DNA of 64,000 bases from IMG/VR virus record IMGVR_UViG_3300030104_003613. The stretch is one strand, 5' to 3'. The stretch is from a virus. The position numbers and the translations under genes are program-made. The notes under the pieces were generated by a model. The model had not been told where the DNA came from, made no database searches, and worked only from the letters and a program-made list of their open reading frames with translations. Position 1 is the stretch's first letter; each line of letters opens with the position of its first letter. Of this stretch, positions 16,782-26,089 are shown piece after piece.

Positions 16782-19071
16782 ACTCTCCCTCCTCGGCTGT
16801 ACTTAATTCGTCTAATAAACTTGACAATTCTGACTTCTCTTCTTTCTCTTCCTCCACCTCATCTGTTTTGATGTCGTAGGTGTTCTGATAGTAAGAAGTC
16901 TTCCATCCATACTTATATGTAGTCAAGAGGTCATTTGCCATCTGTGAGACTGGCACCTCATTGTCTGGATAATGTTCGGGATTATACGACCAGTTTCCAG
17001 ATATGGCCTGATCGAAGAATTTCTGCATCACAGACACTACATTTATGTACCCCTCATTATCAGGCATCTCCCATAGAAGAGTGTAATTATTCTTCAAGGA
17101 AGCATACCCAGGAACAATCTGCTTAAGAGGCCCTTTCTTTGATTTCTTAATAGAGAGGTATCCTCTAGGAGGTTCGATTCCGTTGGTGGCGTTTGAGACG
17201 ACACTGCTGCTCTCTGACGGCATTTGTGCCGAGAGTGTGGAGTGTCGTAAACCGAACTCTGCGATAGAATTACGAAGGCCATCCCAATCATGTGCCAACT
17301 CCTGTGATGAAATTTCGTCTACATCTTTTTTGTATGTATCAATTGGCAATATACCATCAGCATACTTGGTGCGTCCAAAGTATTCACAATGTCCTTTCTC
17401 CTTGGCAATCTCATTAGAAGATTTCAGAAGATAGTATTGGAATGATTCAGACAGACCATGGACAGCATCCCATGCCTCTTGTGATCCATAATTGAATCCA
17501 AGTTTTGCCAAATAATGTGCCAGACCAATGAATCCTACACCGAGTGACCTTCTCGCCTTTGTAGCGATCTCTGCTGCCCTTACAGGATATTCCTGATAGT
17601 CAATTAGTTCCTCCAATCCACGCACTGACAAATCACAAAGATCTTCCAGTTCTTTATCAGATCTAACTTGACCCACATTCACAGCAGAGAGAATACACAG
17701 AGCAATCTCACCTGGCATTTCCTCATCAATATGATTAAGAGGATCTGTTGGCAGGGTAATCTCCTGACACAGATTAGACATGTTCACCTTGTCCTTGAAG
17801 GAGGAGTGTGAATTACAGTGGTCGATGTTCATAATATAGATACGACCAGTCTCTGCTCTTTCTTTCAATAAATCAAGAATGAGTTCCTGAGCTCCCACAG
17901 TCTTTCTTGGTACAGATTGATCTGTTTCGTAACTTGTATAAAGCTCATCGAACCTATCAGTACCAAAAGCATCATAGAGCCCAGGCACATCATGAGGACT
18001 GAATAAGGATACTTCTCCGTTCTGGATGAATCTTTCATAGAAGAGTTTGGAGAGTTGAATTGAGTAGTCAAGTTTCCTCACTCGATTATCTTCTGTCCCT
18101 TTGTTGTTCTTAAGAACAAGAATATCTTCTATCTCTTGATGCCAGATGGGGAAGTGGACGGTTGCTGATCCTCCACGAATCCCATTTTGCGTGCAGCATC
18201 GTACAGTTGATTCAAACTTTTTAAGGAAAGGAACAACGCCAGTGTGCTGAACTTCTCCGCCTCTGATTTTAGAGTTGATTCCACGGATGCGACCCGCGTT
18301 GATACCAATACCTGCCCTCTGTGCAACATAACGACCAATGGCCATATCACTAGTAAAAATGCTATCCAGGGTGTCGTCAACATCAACCAGAACACAGGAC
18401 GCAAACTGACGGAGGGGGGTACGAACTCCTGCCATGATTGGCGTTGGGATGTTGAGTCTGTGGCGCGAGATCGCGTCGTAGTACCGCTTGACATAGGACA
18501 TTCTCGTTGCTTTAGGATAGTCTCGGAAGATTGTCAACGCAATCATGATATACATGAATTGCGGTGTCTCGTATACCTCTCCAGTGCTTCTATCCTGTAC
18601 TAGATATTTATCCACAACCTGCCTCAAACCAGCATATGTGAACATAAAATCACGATCATGATCTACAAAGGTTTCTGCCTTGGCAATTTCTTCTTGTGAA
18701 TACTTGGCAAAGATATCTTTATCATACTGTCCATCATACGCTTTAGCAGTGATATGATCGATCAATGAGGGTAACTCCCTCATCTTCCCAAACAACTGCT
18801 TCCGAAGCGAAAATAGAAGCAGTCTAGCGGCAACGAACTGGTAGTTGGGATGATCCAAATCAATCAAGTCACTGGCACTTTTGATTAGAATTTCTTGAAT
18901 CTCTTTTGTTGTAATGCCATCGTAGAATTGAATACCAGATGTCATCTCAACTTGACTCGCAGATACTCCTGCGAGACCATCACATGCGTCTTGAACCATA
19001 AGATGCATCTTATCCAAGTCAAGAGACTCAATTCTCCCATCTCTCTTTTTAACTTTTGTTCCGTTGCTCAT
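16762..19071 (-). CDS. nrdA: Ribonucleotide reductase class Ia alpha subunit
   Basis: ATP cone, QFASC, SNLCQEI, KTSYY, C-terminal CESC. Confidence 0.98.
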   Translation of the reverse strand: MSNGTKVKKRDGRIESLDLDKMHLMVQDACDGLAGVSASQVEMTSGIQFYDGITTKEIQEILIKSASDLIDLDHPNYQFVAARLLLFSLRKQLFGKMRELPSLIDHITAKAYDGQYDKDIFAKYSQEEIAKAETFVDHDRDFMFTYAGLRQVVDKYLVQDRSTGEVYETPQFMYIMIALTIFRDYPKATRMSYVKRYYDAISRHRLNIPTPIMAGVRTPLRQFASCVLVDVDDTLDSIFTSDMAIGRYVAQRAGIGINAGRIRGINSKIRGGEVQHTGVVPFLKKFESTVRCCTQNGIRGGSATVHFPIWHQEIEDILVLKNNKGTEDNRVRKLDYSIQLSKLFYERFIQNGEVSLFSPHDVPGLYDAFGTDRFDELYTSYETDQSVPRKTVGAQELILDLLKERAETGRIYIMNIDHCNSHSSFKDKVNMSNLCQEITLPTDPLNHIDEEMPGEIALCILSAVNVGQVRSDKELEDLCDLSVRGLEELIDYQEYPVRAAEIATKARRSLGVGFIGLAHYLAKLGFNYGSQEAWDAVHGLSESFQYYLLKSSNEIAKEKGHCEYFGRTKYADGILPIDTYKKDVDEISSQELAHDWDGLRNSIAEFGLRHSTLSAQMPSESSSVVSNATNGIEPPRGYLSIKKSKKGPLKQIVPGYASLKNNYTLLWEMPDNEGYINVVSVMQKFFDQAISGNWSYNPEHYPDNEVPVSQMANDLLTTYKYGWKTSYYQNTYDIKTDEVEEEKEEKSELSSLLDELSTAEEGECESCAV

Positions 19072-20060
19072 GTTTTCTTCCAGGTGGTAAATTTTAACTT
19101 TGCTTGTAAACCCGAGTAGATGTTAGATTCTACGATATTCTTCACATCATGTCCAGCAAGGACCATATCATTCAGGTCTTTCTCTTTAATTTTAGACGGC
19201 CAGATGATTACCTTATCTCCTCTGTCGATTGTTTTGGAGATTCTATCACAGATCTCTCGGTTCCGAGGTTCATTATCATAAACCCAAATATAATCGCTCC
19301 AACCAAACGACCCAACATCAATGTCAGCCCCACACATGGCAATACTGTTTTCCACGAACGTGGAGTCGAAGGGTCCTTCGATGATGTAGATTGGTCGTTT
19401 GGTGTCAATTGAGTCGAGTCCATAGATTTTTGGTGCGTCATCGTCCAACATGACGGTTAAGTATTTAATGGGGTTCGTAGACAGTGCTCTGCCTTGAACT
19501 CCTACAAGTTTAGAATCCACAATGAGAGGAATAACAATCCTCTCTTCTCCATACTTCACGTCATCAAACATATCAGGTTTGATTGTGTTCACAAACTCCT
19601 TGAAGTTTTCAGCGTAATAAAACTTCCCATTGAAAATTGCCCTGGTTTCAAGATAGTTCCTTGAAATGGGCACGGAGAATGCGTCTGGAAGGTCTATGTT
19701 GACCTTCTTTTTGAATTTAGGTCTGGCACTGTCCACAGTGCGAAATACATCCACTTCATTTATTTCAGTGGAGGATCTTCCGTTCTTACCACCTTTGAAC
19801 TTCTCAAAGGTATAGTGCTTATGTGATTCAGGATCGACAGACTTTAAGAAGTTGCCGAACGAAACACTGACACCACAGTTGTGACACTTGAAGTTTGAGT
19901 TATTCTTTACCTGATAAAGATATCCTCTTGCTTTATTCTTCTGCTTTTGCGAATCACCACAGATGGGACAACGAAAGTTATAAAGATTTGGTTTGACCTT
20001 TTTGAATTTATCAAGTCTTGATGATATAAGATTGATGTATTTCACATCAATGTGATCCAT
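19068..20060 (-). CDS. gp61: T4-like DNA primase
   Basis: NFRCPICGDS...CHNC Zn domain; EGPFDS and DNEPRN TOPRIM. Confidence 0.96.
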   Translation of the reverse strand: MDHIDVKYINLISSRLDKFKKVKPNLYNFRCPICGDSQKQKNKARGYLYQVKNNSNFKCHNCGVSVSFGNFLKSVDPESHKHYTFEKFKGGKNGRSSTEINEVDVFRTVDSARPKFKKKVNIDLPDAFSVPISRNYLETRAIFNGKFYYAENFKEFVNTIKPDMFDDVKYGEERIVIPLIVDSKLVGVQGRALSTNPIKYLTVMLDDDAPKIYGLDSIDTKRPIYIIEGPFDSTFVENSIAMCGADIDVGSFGWSDYIWVYDNEPRNREICDRISKTIDRGDKVIIWPSKIKEKDLNDMVLAGHDVKNIVESNIYSGLQAKLKFTTWKKT

Positions 20061-20063
20061 GTG

Positions 20064-20450
20064 TCAACCTTTCACATAACTACTCATGATTCTAGACTGT
20101 GTTTGTGGTTGTGTCAATAGGTTGGTTACCATCCCGGCATTGTTCATGACAAAAGATGCGACGACCACACCACCGATGGCCATCCACACCCTCTTCTCTA
20201 ATTGACGTATTCTTTGATCGATGCGGTCATTATCCCCGTCAATTTTATCACGGAGTTTGTCAACTTTAGCAAACAGTATTGAGTCAACCTCTTCTTGCTT
20301 TGAAATTCGCTCTTCATGAATCGCGAGCATTCTACTAACTGTTGTATTTACCTCAGATAGTTTTTCAATAGCAGCATCGATACGGAGGACAATTGGTTTC
20401 AAGTCCTCTAACTTTTGTTCTAATACAGCAATCTTAACTTGATCTTCCAT
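20064..20450 (-). CDS. Coiled-coil protein with C-terminal TM helix
   Basis: Heptad repeats followed by VWMAIGGVVVASFVM. Confidence 0.8.
   Translation of the reverse strand: MEDQVKIAVLEQKLEDLKPIVLRIDAAIEKLSEVNTTVSRMLAIHEERISKQEEVDSILFAKVDKLRDKIDGDNDRIDQRIRQLEKRVWMAIGGVVVASFVMNNAGMVTNLLTQPQTQSRIMSSYVKG
20089..20117 (-). promoter_or_regulatory. Sigma70-type promoter for gp61-nrdAB
   Basis: TTGACA-N17-TAGAAT inside the end of the upstream gene. Confidence 0.75.
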
Positions 20451-20745
20451 CTTGTGGTTTGAAGTAAGGATTGAAATCCATTGCTTTCTTTTTTGCCTTT
20501 CTATCTGCTCTCTTGTCTCTTCTATCCATCAAGTCCTTTATTGCTTTCTTTACATACTTGTTACGACCATCAAACTTAAGGGTTGAATCATAACCAGCAG
20601 TAGGGCCACGGTCAGGGGAGGAATTACTAAATCCACCAGATCCCCCAGGAGGATTTGCCACCATGCCTTCCTCAGAGACACTGAATTCATGATACATTGC
20701 TGTACGAAATGCGTCAACAAACTTGTCAATTTTTGATTTCTCCAT
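20434..20745 (-). CDS. Hypothetical protein
   Basis: 103 aa; Gly/Ser linker and basic C-terminus. Confidence 0.7.
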   Translation of the reverse strand: MEKSKIDKFVDAFRTAMYHEFSVSEEGMVANPPGGSGGFSNSSPDRGPTAGYDSTLKFDGRNKYVKKAIKDLMDRRDKRADRKAKKKAMDFNPYFKPQDGRSS

Positions 20746-21118
20746 TGGTCATCCTTTCTAATTGTTGTTGTATCACCTGATCGCATTCAATTTCATGAAT
20801 ATAAGTATGGGGGTACTCAGGAAGACGATTCAAGAATACAACAAATGTTTTTACATAAGACCAAAGATCTTTTTCAATTTTGAAAAAGAGCATAGGTGTA
20901 GCAGCATTACCAAAGATATTATAGAGGATGATGAAGTGATTAATCAAGAGATGAAGTTTGAGTTCATTGCTTGATTTATATCGTTTCAACAACCTCTTAA
21001 TGTATCGAAAATGATTAAGGTCTTTATCGAAATCTTCTTTTGTTACTGCTTGAGGATTTTCATAATGTTTAATAGCAAATAGAAGGAAATTCCTCTCGGT
21101 CAATTCATCAAATCTCAT
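20726..21118 (-). CDS. Conserved T4-like hypothetical protein
   Basis: NFLLFAIKHYENP...LINHFIILYNIF pattern, upstream of primase. Confidence 0.8.
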   Translation of the reverse strand: MRFDELTERNFLLFAIKHYENPQAVTKEDFDKDLNHFRYIKRLLKRYKSSNELKLHLLINHFIILYNIFGNAATPMLFFKIEKDLWSYVKTFVVFLNRLPEYPHTYIHEIECDQVIQQQLERMTNGEIKN

Positions 21119-21121
21119 TTA

Positions 21122-22117
21122 TCATGCGGGGGGATAGAGGGGAGTGTTACCTGTTACGATGCCAACGCCAGCAACAAGAACCTCACTCTTAACTCTAAGA
21201 TTGCCGTGGTTGTCATTGTAAGTTGTAACTCCGACCCAACCAGAGTGTGCTACGGCATATTGACCGCCCTGTGCGTTAGCAGTAGCGGTTGTTCCAACAC
21301 CATAAGCATACTTGTCATAACCTGACATGTAGCGACCGAAAGCAAGATCTGCTCCCTGTGCTTTTGCGTTGGAGATGGTGCTTGCCAGTGATACAAAGTA
21401 AGCACTAGCGAGATCAAACACAGATCCTACACCTGCTGCCTTGGTAAGAGCGTTGGTGAAGGTAACGGAGGTAGATGAAGTTGAAACTACCTGACCCAAA
21501 TCTTGTCCGTAGAAAGAACCCGATCCAAACTCAGGACCAAACGCTGGTGTAAGTGTGGTATCGAAGAATGCTGTGAAGAATCCAACAGGAGAAATGTTAT
21601 TTGCTGCAATCGAACCAGTTCCAAGTCCGGCGACAAGTCTCTTGGTAGCGCCATCTAGATAGAAGTCACCAGGTGCGATATGTGCGTCTTGTAGGAAACC
21701 AGCGAATGTAGGAAGGATGCTCGATCCCGCTGCTACACCAGATGGTGACTGGACGTTTACAGTTAAGATGGTCTTGAATGAAGGAGCCTCTTTGTTGTAG
21801 AGAGGATTCTCACTAAACGAAGGATCAACTACGGTATACTTAGGAAGTTGTGAAACTTGGAAAGTAGTAGCAGCAACTGCTACGCCACTTAATCCAATAG
21901 TAGAACCAATAGTCAAAGATTCACTGTTGGCAATACTAATGATGACAGCATCACCATAGTAAGTTCCTGCTCTATCACCAAATCTAATTACATCGCCTTC
22001 GGAACATCCACCTGCGATACCAAACGAGGTGCCTGCACCAGTAACGACTCCGGTGGAGTAATTTAGGAGGACGGTTCCGGCTGCCCCCACATTATCTTTA
22101 TTGCCCCAAAGTGCCAT
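21122..22117 (-). CDS. Probable virion structural protein
   Basis: MALWGNKD N-terminus and HSGWVG...RVKSEVLVA C-terminus; G/A/S/T-rich; late promoter. Confidence 0.75.
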   Translation of the reverse strand: MALWGNKDNVGAAGTVLLNYSTGVVTGAGTSFGIAGGCSEGDVIRFGDRAGTYYGDAVIISIANSESLTIGSTIGLSGVAVAATTFQVSQLPKYTVVDPSFSENPLYNKEAPSFKTILTVNVQSPSGVAAGSSILPTFAGFLQDAHIAPGDFYLDGATKRLVAGLGTGSIAANNISPVGFFTAFFDTTLTPAFGPEFGSGSFYGQDLGQVVSTSSTSVTFTNALTKAAGVGSVFDLASAYFVSLASTISNAKAQGADLAFGRYMSGYDKYAYGVGTTATANAQGGQYAVAHSGWVGVTTYNDNHGNLRVKSEVLVAGVGIVTGNTPLYPPA

Positions 22118-22150
22118 GTCTTTGCCCTTGTAAAATTACTTTGCTTCAAA

Positions 22151-22183
22151 TATTTATAAAAATAGGAGACCGTCAGGTCTCCC
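22151..22183 (-). promoter_or_regulatory. Terminator followed by T4 late promoter
   Basis: GGGAGACC-TGAC-GGTCTCCT-ATTTT, then TATAAATA (22151-22158). Confidence 0.8.
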
Positions 22184-22188
22184 AAGAA

Positions 22189-22392
22189 TCACTCTTCATC
22201 TCTTGCTTTAATTGCTTTTGTAACAACTTCAAGCAGTTGATCATCCATATCAGTCTTGGTCAACTTAACTGCTTTAGCAAGAATAACAAGACAAATCTCA
22301 ACCATTTTCTCACCCAGTTCTTCATTCTCTGGAATTTTGTTAATAGCATCTGTGATAATTTTAGACGCCAGGGGAAGTAGGAATGAAAGCAT
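22189..22392 (-). CDS. Small hypothetical protein
   Basis: 67 aa; LTKTDMDDQL motif. Confidence 0.75.
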   Translation of the reverse strand: MLSFLLPLASKIITDAINKIPENEELGEKMVEICLVILAKAVKLTKTDMDDQLLEVVTKAIKARDEE

Positions 22393-22423
22393 GACTACAT
22401 TAGCAAGGTAATGTATATATGCT

Positions 22424-22741
22424 TTAAACTCTATTTTGTGTCTCTAGCATAAAGTCTGTGAACTTTTTCTTGCTAGATTCATCCATTCTATTTACGAAAG
22501 CCTTTGAAGCAGCGACTTGTGCGTCAATAGATGGACCGTCTCCCATGTTGTTTGAGAGAGATACTTTCATCACAGGATATACTGAAGAGAAAGTATTGTA
22601 TCTATTCTGACCAGGTTCGGCATCAGTCTGAAAGTCTTGCGACAATAGATCATCATCACCTTTAAATAGTCTCTTATCGAAACCAGCAAAAGGTCCAGAG
22701 GCAGATGCCGCATTAGTAAATGCCCCGTTACCTCCTCTCAT
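22424..22741 (-). CDS. Hypothetical protein (possible internal head protein)
   Basis: 105 aa ending KKFTDFMLE. Confidence 0.65.
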   Translation of the reverse strand: MRGGNGAFTNAASASGPFAGFDKRLFKGDDDLLSQDFQTDAEPGQNRYNTFSSVYPVMKVSLSNNMGDGPSIDAQVAASKAFVNRMDESSKKKFTDFMLETQNRV

Positions 22742-23586
22742 GACTTAGATCTGTCCATAAATTGTTGGAAAGTCTTACGATGTTTCTTTGCTGAACCTAC
22801 CTTATCTTTCAAAGTGTTGTAATCGTTGGCATCATAACTCTCATTCTTCTCCTTGGTCTTCTTCTTCATAGAGTTGATATACTTCCTATAGACTGCCGCC
22901 TCTGAAGACTTACCCATCTCTTTTGCTCTTTGTTCCATAGCAACCGCTGCCTGGATCTTGTGAGCATGAGATCTTGATGAATTGCGAATCTTAGAAACAG
23001 ATGCTTTGGCAGAAGCAACATCTTTAAAACCAAGTCCATGAATGGTGCCCTTGGGATTCTCATCGGTGTAAAGATCGGAGTGTTTCTTTGAATTAGCAGG
23101 TTGTCCCTTCTTTCTAGGAATACGAGGATTAGATTCCTCACTCATTCCTCCTCCGCCGTTGCCCCCGTTGGATCCAGAAGAACCACCCCCATTCCCATTA
23201 CCACCATTGCCATTCCCATTACCATTACCACTACCATTTTTGCCTCCGTTCTTACTGTCATCATCATCTTGCGAATGACCATTCTCCTTGCGGAGATAAC
23301 CAGCACGACCCACAACCTTAAATCCTTTAGGAATGGGTTTACACTTCTTGTCAGTATAGCAGTAATAATAACCGATTTTACACTTTTTGGATTCCTCTTC
23401 TATATCTAAAGATTCTACCTTGTTAGGCAATCCTTTGTGCTTGGTTCCGGCAAAGTCTTTAGCATCCTTTTTCTTGATAGATGCTGCTGCTTTCTTTACT
23501 TCAGGTGACGGGTTATCCATCTTACCTTTCTTGGCAGCATATACCATACCCATGAACCGTTGTTGTGCCTTACTTACTGCTGGCAT
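22738..23586 (-). CDS. Modular basic protein with Gly/Asn repeat (possible internal head protein)
   Basis: MPAVSKAQQRFMG module, Cys module, GN repeat, KKHSDLYTDENP module. Confidence 0.75.
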   Translation of the reverse strand: MPAVSKAQQRFMGMVYAAKKGKMDNPSPEVKKAAASIKKKDAKDFAGTKHKGLPNKVESLDIEEESKKCKIGYYYCYTDKKCKPIPKGFKVVGRAGYLRKENGHSQDDDDSKNGGKNGSGNGNGNGNGGNGNGGGSSGSNGGNGGGGMSEESNPRIPRKKGQPANSKKHSDLYTDENPKGTIHGLGFKDVASAKASVSKIRNSSRSHAHKIQAAVAMEQRAKEMGKSSEAAVYRKYINSMKKKTKEKNESYDANDYNTLKDKVGSAKKHRKTFQQFMDRSKS

Positions 23587-23587
23587 A

Positions 23588-24745
23588 TCACTTTTTCTTT
23601 TTAGTATCCATGATGGCACCTTTACCATACTTGGCAGTGATATCTGCTTTTACTCTATCCAAAGCAGACATGCCACCAGCAGGTTTCTTCTTACCTGCGA
23701 GGTTTGGTTTACCAGGTGGTCTTCTGTAATCAACATTACCATCTACACCACCACGCTCCATGCGACGGTCTTTCAAAGAATCTTCTGTAGACTCTTTCAT
23801 CTTCTCACGTTTTGCCTTTGCCTTGGCAAGAAGTCTATCACGGGCAGCGTCTCTATCTTTCTTCGGGATAGGAGTTACAGCACCAACCTTTTGGTCAACA
23901 TCACCAGGTTCATAACCTTCAGCATGACCCATAGGCAGTCTGCCCTGTTTCTGCATTTGAATTCTTTGCCTTGACAGCATTTGCTGTCTCTTCATCATTT
24001 GCTCTTTGTTTTTGAGTTGCTGTTTCTGCTGGGGATCCATCTGACCAGTAGTTGATCCTGCTTCTTCTTTTTGTGTACCAGACATTGTGGTGTTGGTATT
24101 GATAGAAGAACCAGATGTTTTCTTTTTAGCAGGAGCATTAGAACCAGCCTTCGCAGCAGCAGCACCAAGAGAGGCAGCACCACTTACAGCGGAACCAGCA
24201 CCTTTGGCAAGACCACCAACTGCTGAACCAGCTGCTCTAATAGCGGCAGGTGCTACCCTTCTAGCGGCAAATCCTCCTGCTATTTTCAAACCTTTGGCTA
24301 GTCCAGCAACAACAGCAGGCGCAGCCTCATCAATATTTTGAAGATCTTCTTCGGTCAACTCATATAAATCAAGAACCTCGGCACCAATCTCTTCAAATGC
24401 CTCCTTCATATCAGGGTTGATGAGAATCTTATTTTTAACTTTCTTCTCTTTAATTTCTTTAGACATCTCTGTGTCTTTCTTTGCTTCCGATGAAGGAATG
24501 TCAGCGATTTCGCGAATCTCCTCTCTCCATGAAGAAAATCTTTCAGACAATCCAAGGGATTGCTTGACTGTAGCGCGGTCAGTAGCAGTCACACCAGAAG
24601 CACTACTCATGTAATCGTTGAATGCCTTGAAGAGGTTGCCACCTTCCTTCCTTGCCTTATAACGAATCGCTTTCGTTATCTGCCTAACACGCTGTTTAGA
24701 TTCGTCAGGAGCATTACCCTGCGCCAGATCTTCTTCAGAAATCAT
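23588..24745 (-). CDS. Low-complexity modular protein (possible internal head protein)
   Basis: Ala/Gly-, Gln- and Lys-rich blocks separated by xxE sites; CATAAATA upstream. Confidence 0.75.
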   Translation of the reverse strand: MISEEDLAQGNAPDESKQRVRQITKAIRYKARKEGGNLFKAFNDYMSSASGVTATDRATVKQSLGLSERFSSWREEIREIADIPSSEAKKDTEMSKEIKEKKVKNKILINPDMKEAFEEIGAEVLDLYELTEEDLQNIDEAAPAVVAGLAKGLKIAGGFAARRVAPAAIRAAGSAVGGLAKGAGSAVSGAASLGAAAAKAGSNAPAKKKTSGSSINTNTTMSGTQKEEAGSTTGQMDPQQKQQLKNKEQMMKRQQMLSRQRIQMQKQGRLPMGHAEGYEPGDVDQKVGAVTPIPKKDRDAARDRLLAKAKAKREKMKESTEDSLKDRRMERGGVDGNVDYRRPPGKPNLAGKKKPAGGMSALDRVKADITAKYGKGAIMDTKKKK

Positions 24746-24751
24746 GACTCT

Positions 24752-26065
24752 CTACTTTTTCTTATACTTATTTATGAATGAGCGAGCACTTTTGCCGTCA
24801 TATGCTTTACCACCAGGTTGAAGGTTCTTCCCACCGTCTTCATGACCAGGAGTCATATCAGCAGCATACTTGAAGTATCCTTTGGTTCCGATCAATGTGT
24901 TTGCCTTGCCAGGAAGTCTTTCTTTCTTATCCATCTTGACTTCACTATACTCACGAATGTCCCTAATCCAGGACTTGAACATCACATTGTCCTCTGTTAC
25001 ACAGATCAGATAGTTAGTTCCTCTACGAACAATCTTACCAATCAATCCTGTGTTTAGATTCTCAACCAGTTGATCAATATTGAAGATCTTACCAGTGACA
25101 TAGTTCTCTCTAAGGTTTCTCCAATCAAACTTGGGAGCAATCTCCCACAAGTTCCAACCCTCTTTAATTTTCATCTTCTTACGAAGACCCATCATCATTT
25201 GTTTGGCAGTCTTATCATCAATATTATCAGGAACACCCTTTCTAAATGTCTCAAAATCATCTGATGCGGCCGCCTTTCTCATCTTGGAGGCTGACATCCC
25301 CTCGATGCCCTCAGCGTCGGGATCTCTTTCTCCAGCAGATACAGTCTCCAGACTAGAAAAATCATAGAGTTTACCATTGTAATCTCCTGAGAGTTTTTCA
25401 AACTCTTTAACTCGGTCACCACCGACCACAATTTGAATACTTGAATGTCCATCATCATACCCCTGCTTCAAAACGTCAAAGATAGTCCTAGAGTTAGGAT
25501 CATTTACTATACTATCCGAATGATCCGGGAACATCTGTTTCATGATGTCCACTTTCTCATCGGGATCATAAGGATTCTTCTTATTATCTTGCGATCTAGA
25601 AGGATATATTTTTAATCTTCCTTTGCCTGCTGTTTTCTTCGCAGCATCTAACAATTTCTTATGTCCAACAGTCGGGGGATTAAACCTACCAAATACAACT
25701 GTCAGAGGTCCAAGGTCTTCTTTAGGAGAACCATCTGCCCTCGTAGGTGCTGGCATTCGTCTTGGACTACCATCTTCAAAACTTCCATACTCTGATGATT
25801 GTCCATCTTCTTCTGGAGCAGCGGTTGATTGCTGTTGATTTGATTCAGGTTCAGACTGTCGGGTGGTTGTTGATTTTTCATCTTCCTTCGCAGAAGTTTG
25901 TTTCTGATTTATAAATTCAAGTCGTCCACTTTTGGTTTTGGCAGCAAGATTACCGTTTTTGTCATACCAGTTTCCATGTCCATCACCAGTCAACCCACGA
26001 CGCTCCGCTTGGTCGGATGCCATGGATGTTCTTGCTTCTTTTAGGAAATTAAAAAACGACTTCAT
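24752..26065 (-). CDS. Cytidylyltransferase-like (HxGH nucleotidyltransferase) protein
   Basis: FGRFNPPTVGHKKL, VVGGDR, MSASKMR. Confidence 0.88.
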   Translation of the reverse strand: MKSFFNFLKEARTSMASDQAERRGLTGDGHGNWYDKNGNLAAKTKSGRLEFINQKQTSAKEDEKSTTTRQSEPESNQQQSTAAPEEDGQSSEYGSFEDGSPRRMPAPTRADGSPKEDLGPLTVVFGRFNPPTVGHKKLLDAAKKTAGKGRLKIYPSRSQDNKKNPYDPDEKVDIMKQMFPDHSDSIVNDPNSRTIFDVLKQGYDDGHSSIQIVVGGDRVKEFEKLSGDYNGKLYDFSSLETVSAGERDPDAEGIEGMSASKMRKAAASDDFETFRKGVPDNIDDKTAKQMMMGLRKKMKIKEGWNLWEIAPKFDWRNLRENYVTGKIFNIDQLVENLNTGLIGKIVRRGTNYLICVTEDNVMFKSWIRDIREYSEVKMDKKERLPGKANTLIGTKGYFKYAADMTPGHEDGGKNLQPGGKAYDGKSARSFINKYKKK

Positions 26066-26089
26066 TATAGTTATTCCTCATAAAAATAT

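Noticed and set aside
23150-23250. Short tandem repeats as a CRISPR-like array
   Set aside because: They encode a Gly/Asn linker in frame and have no spacer structure.
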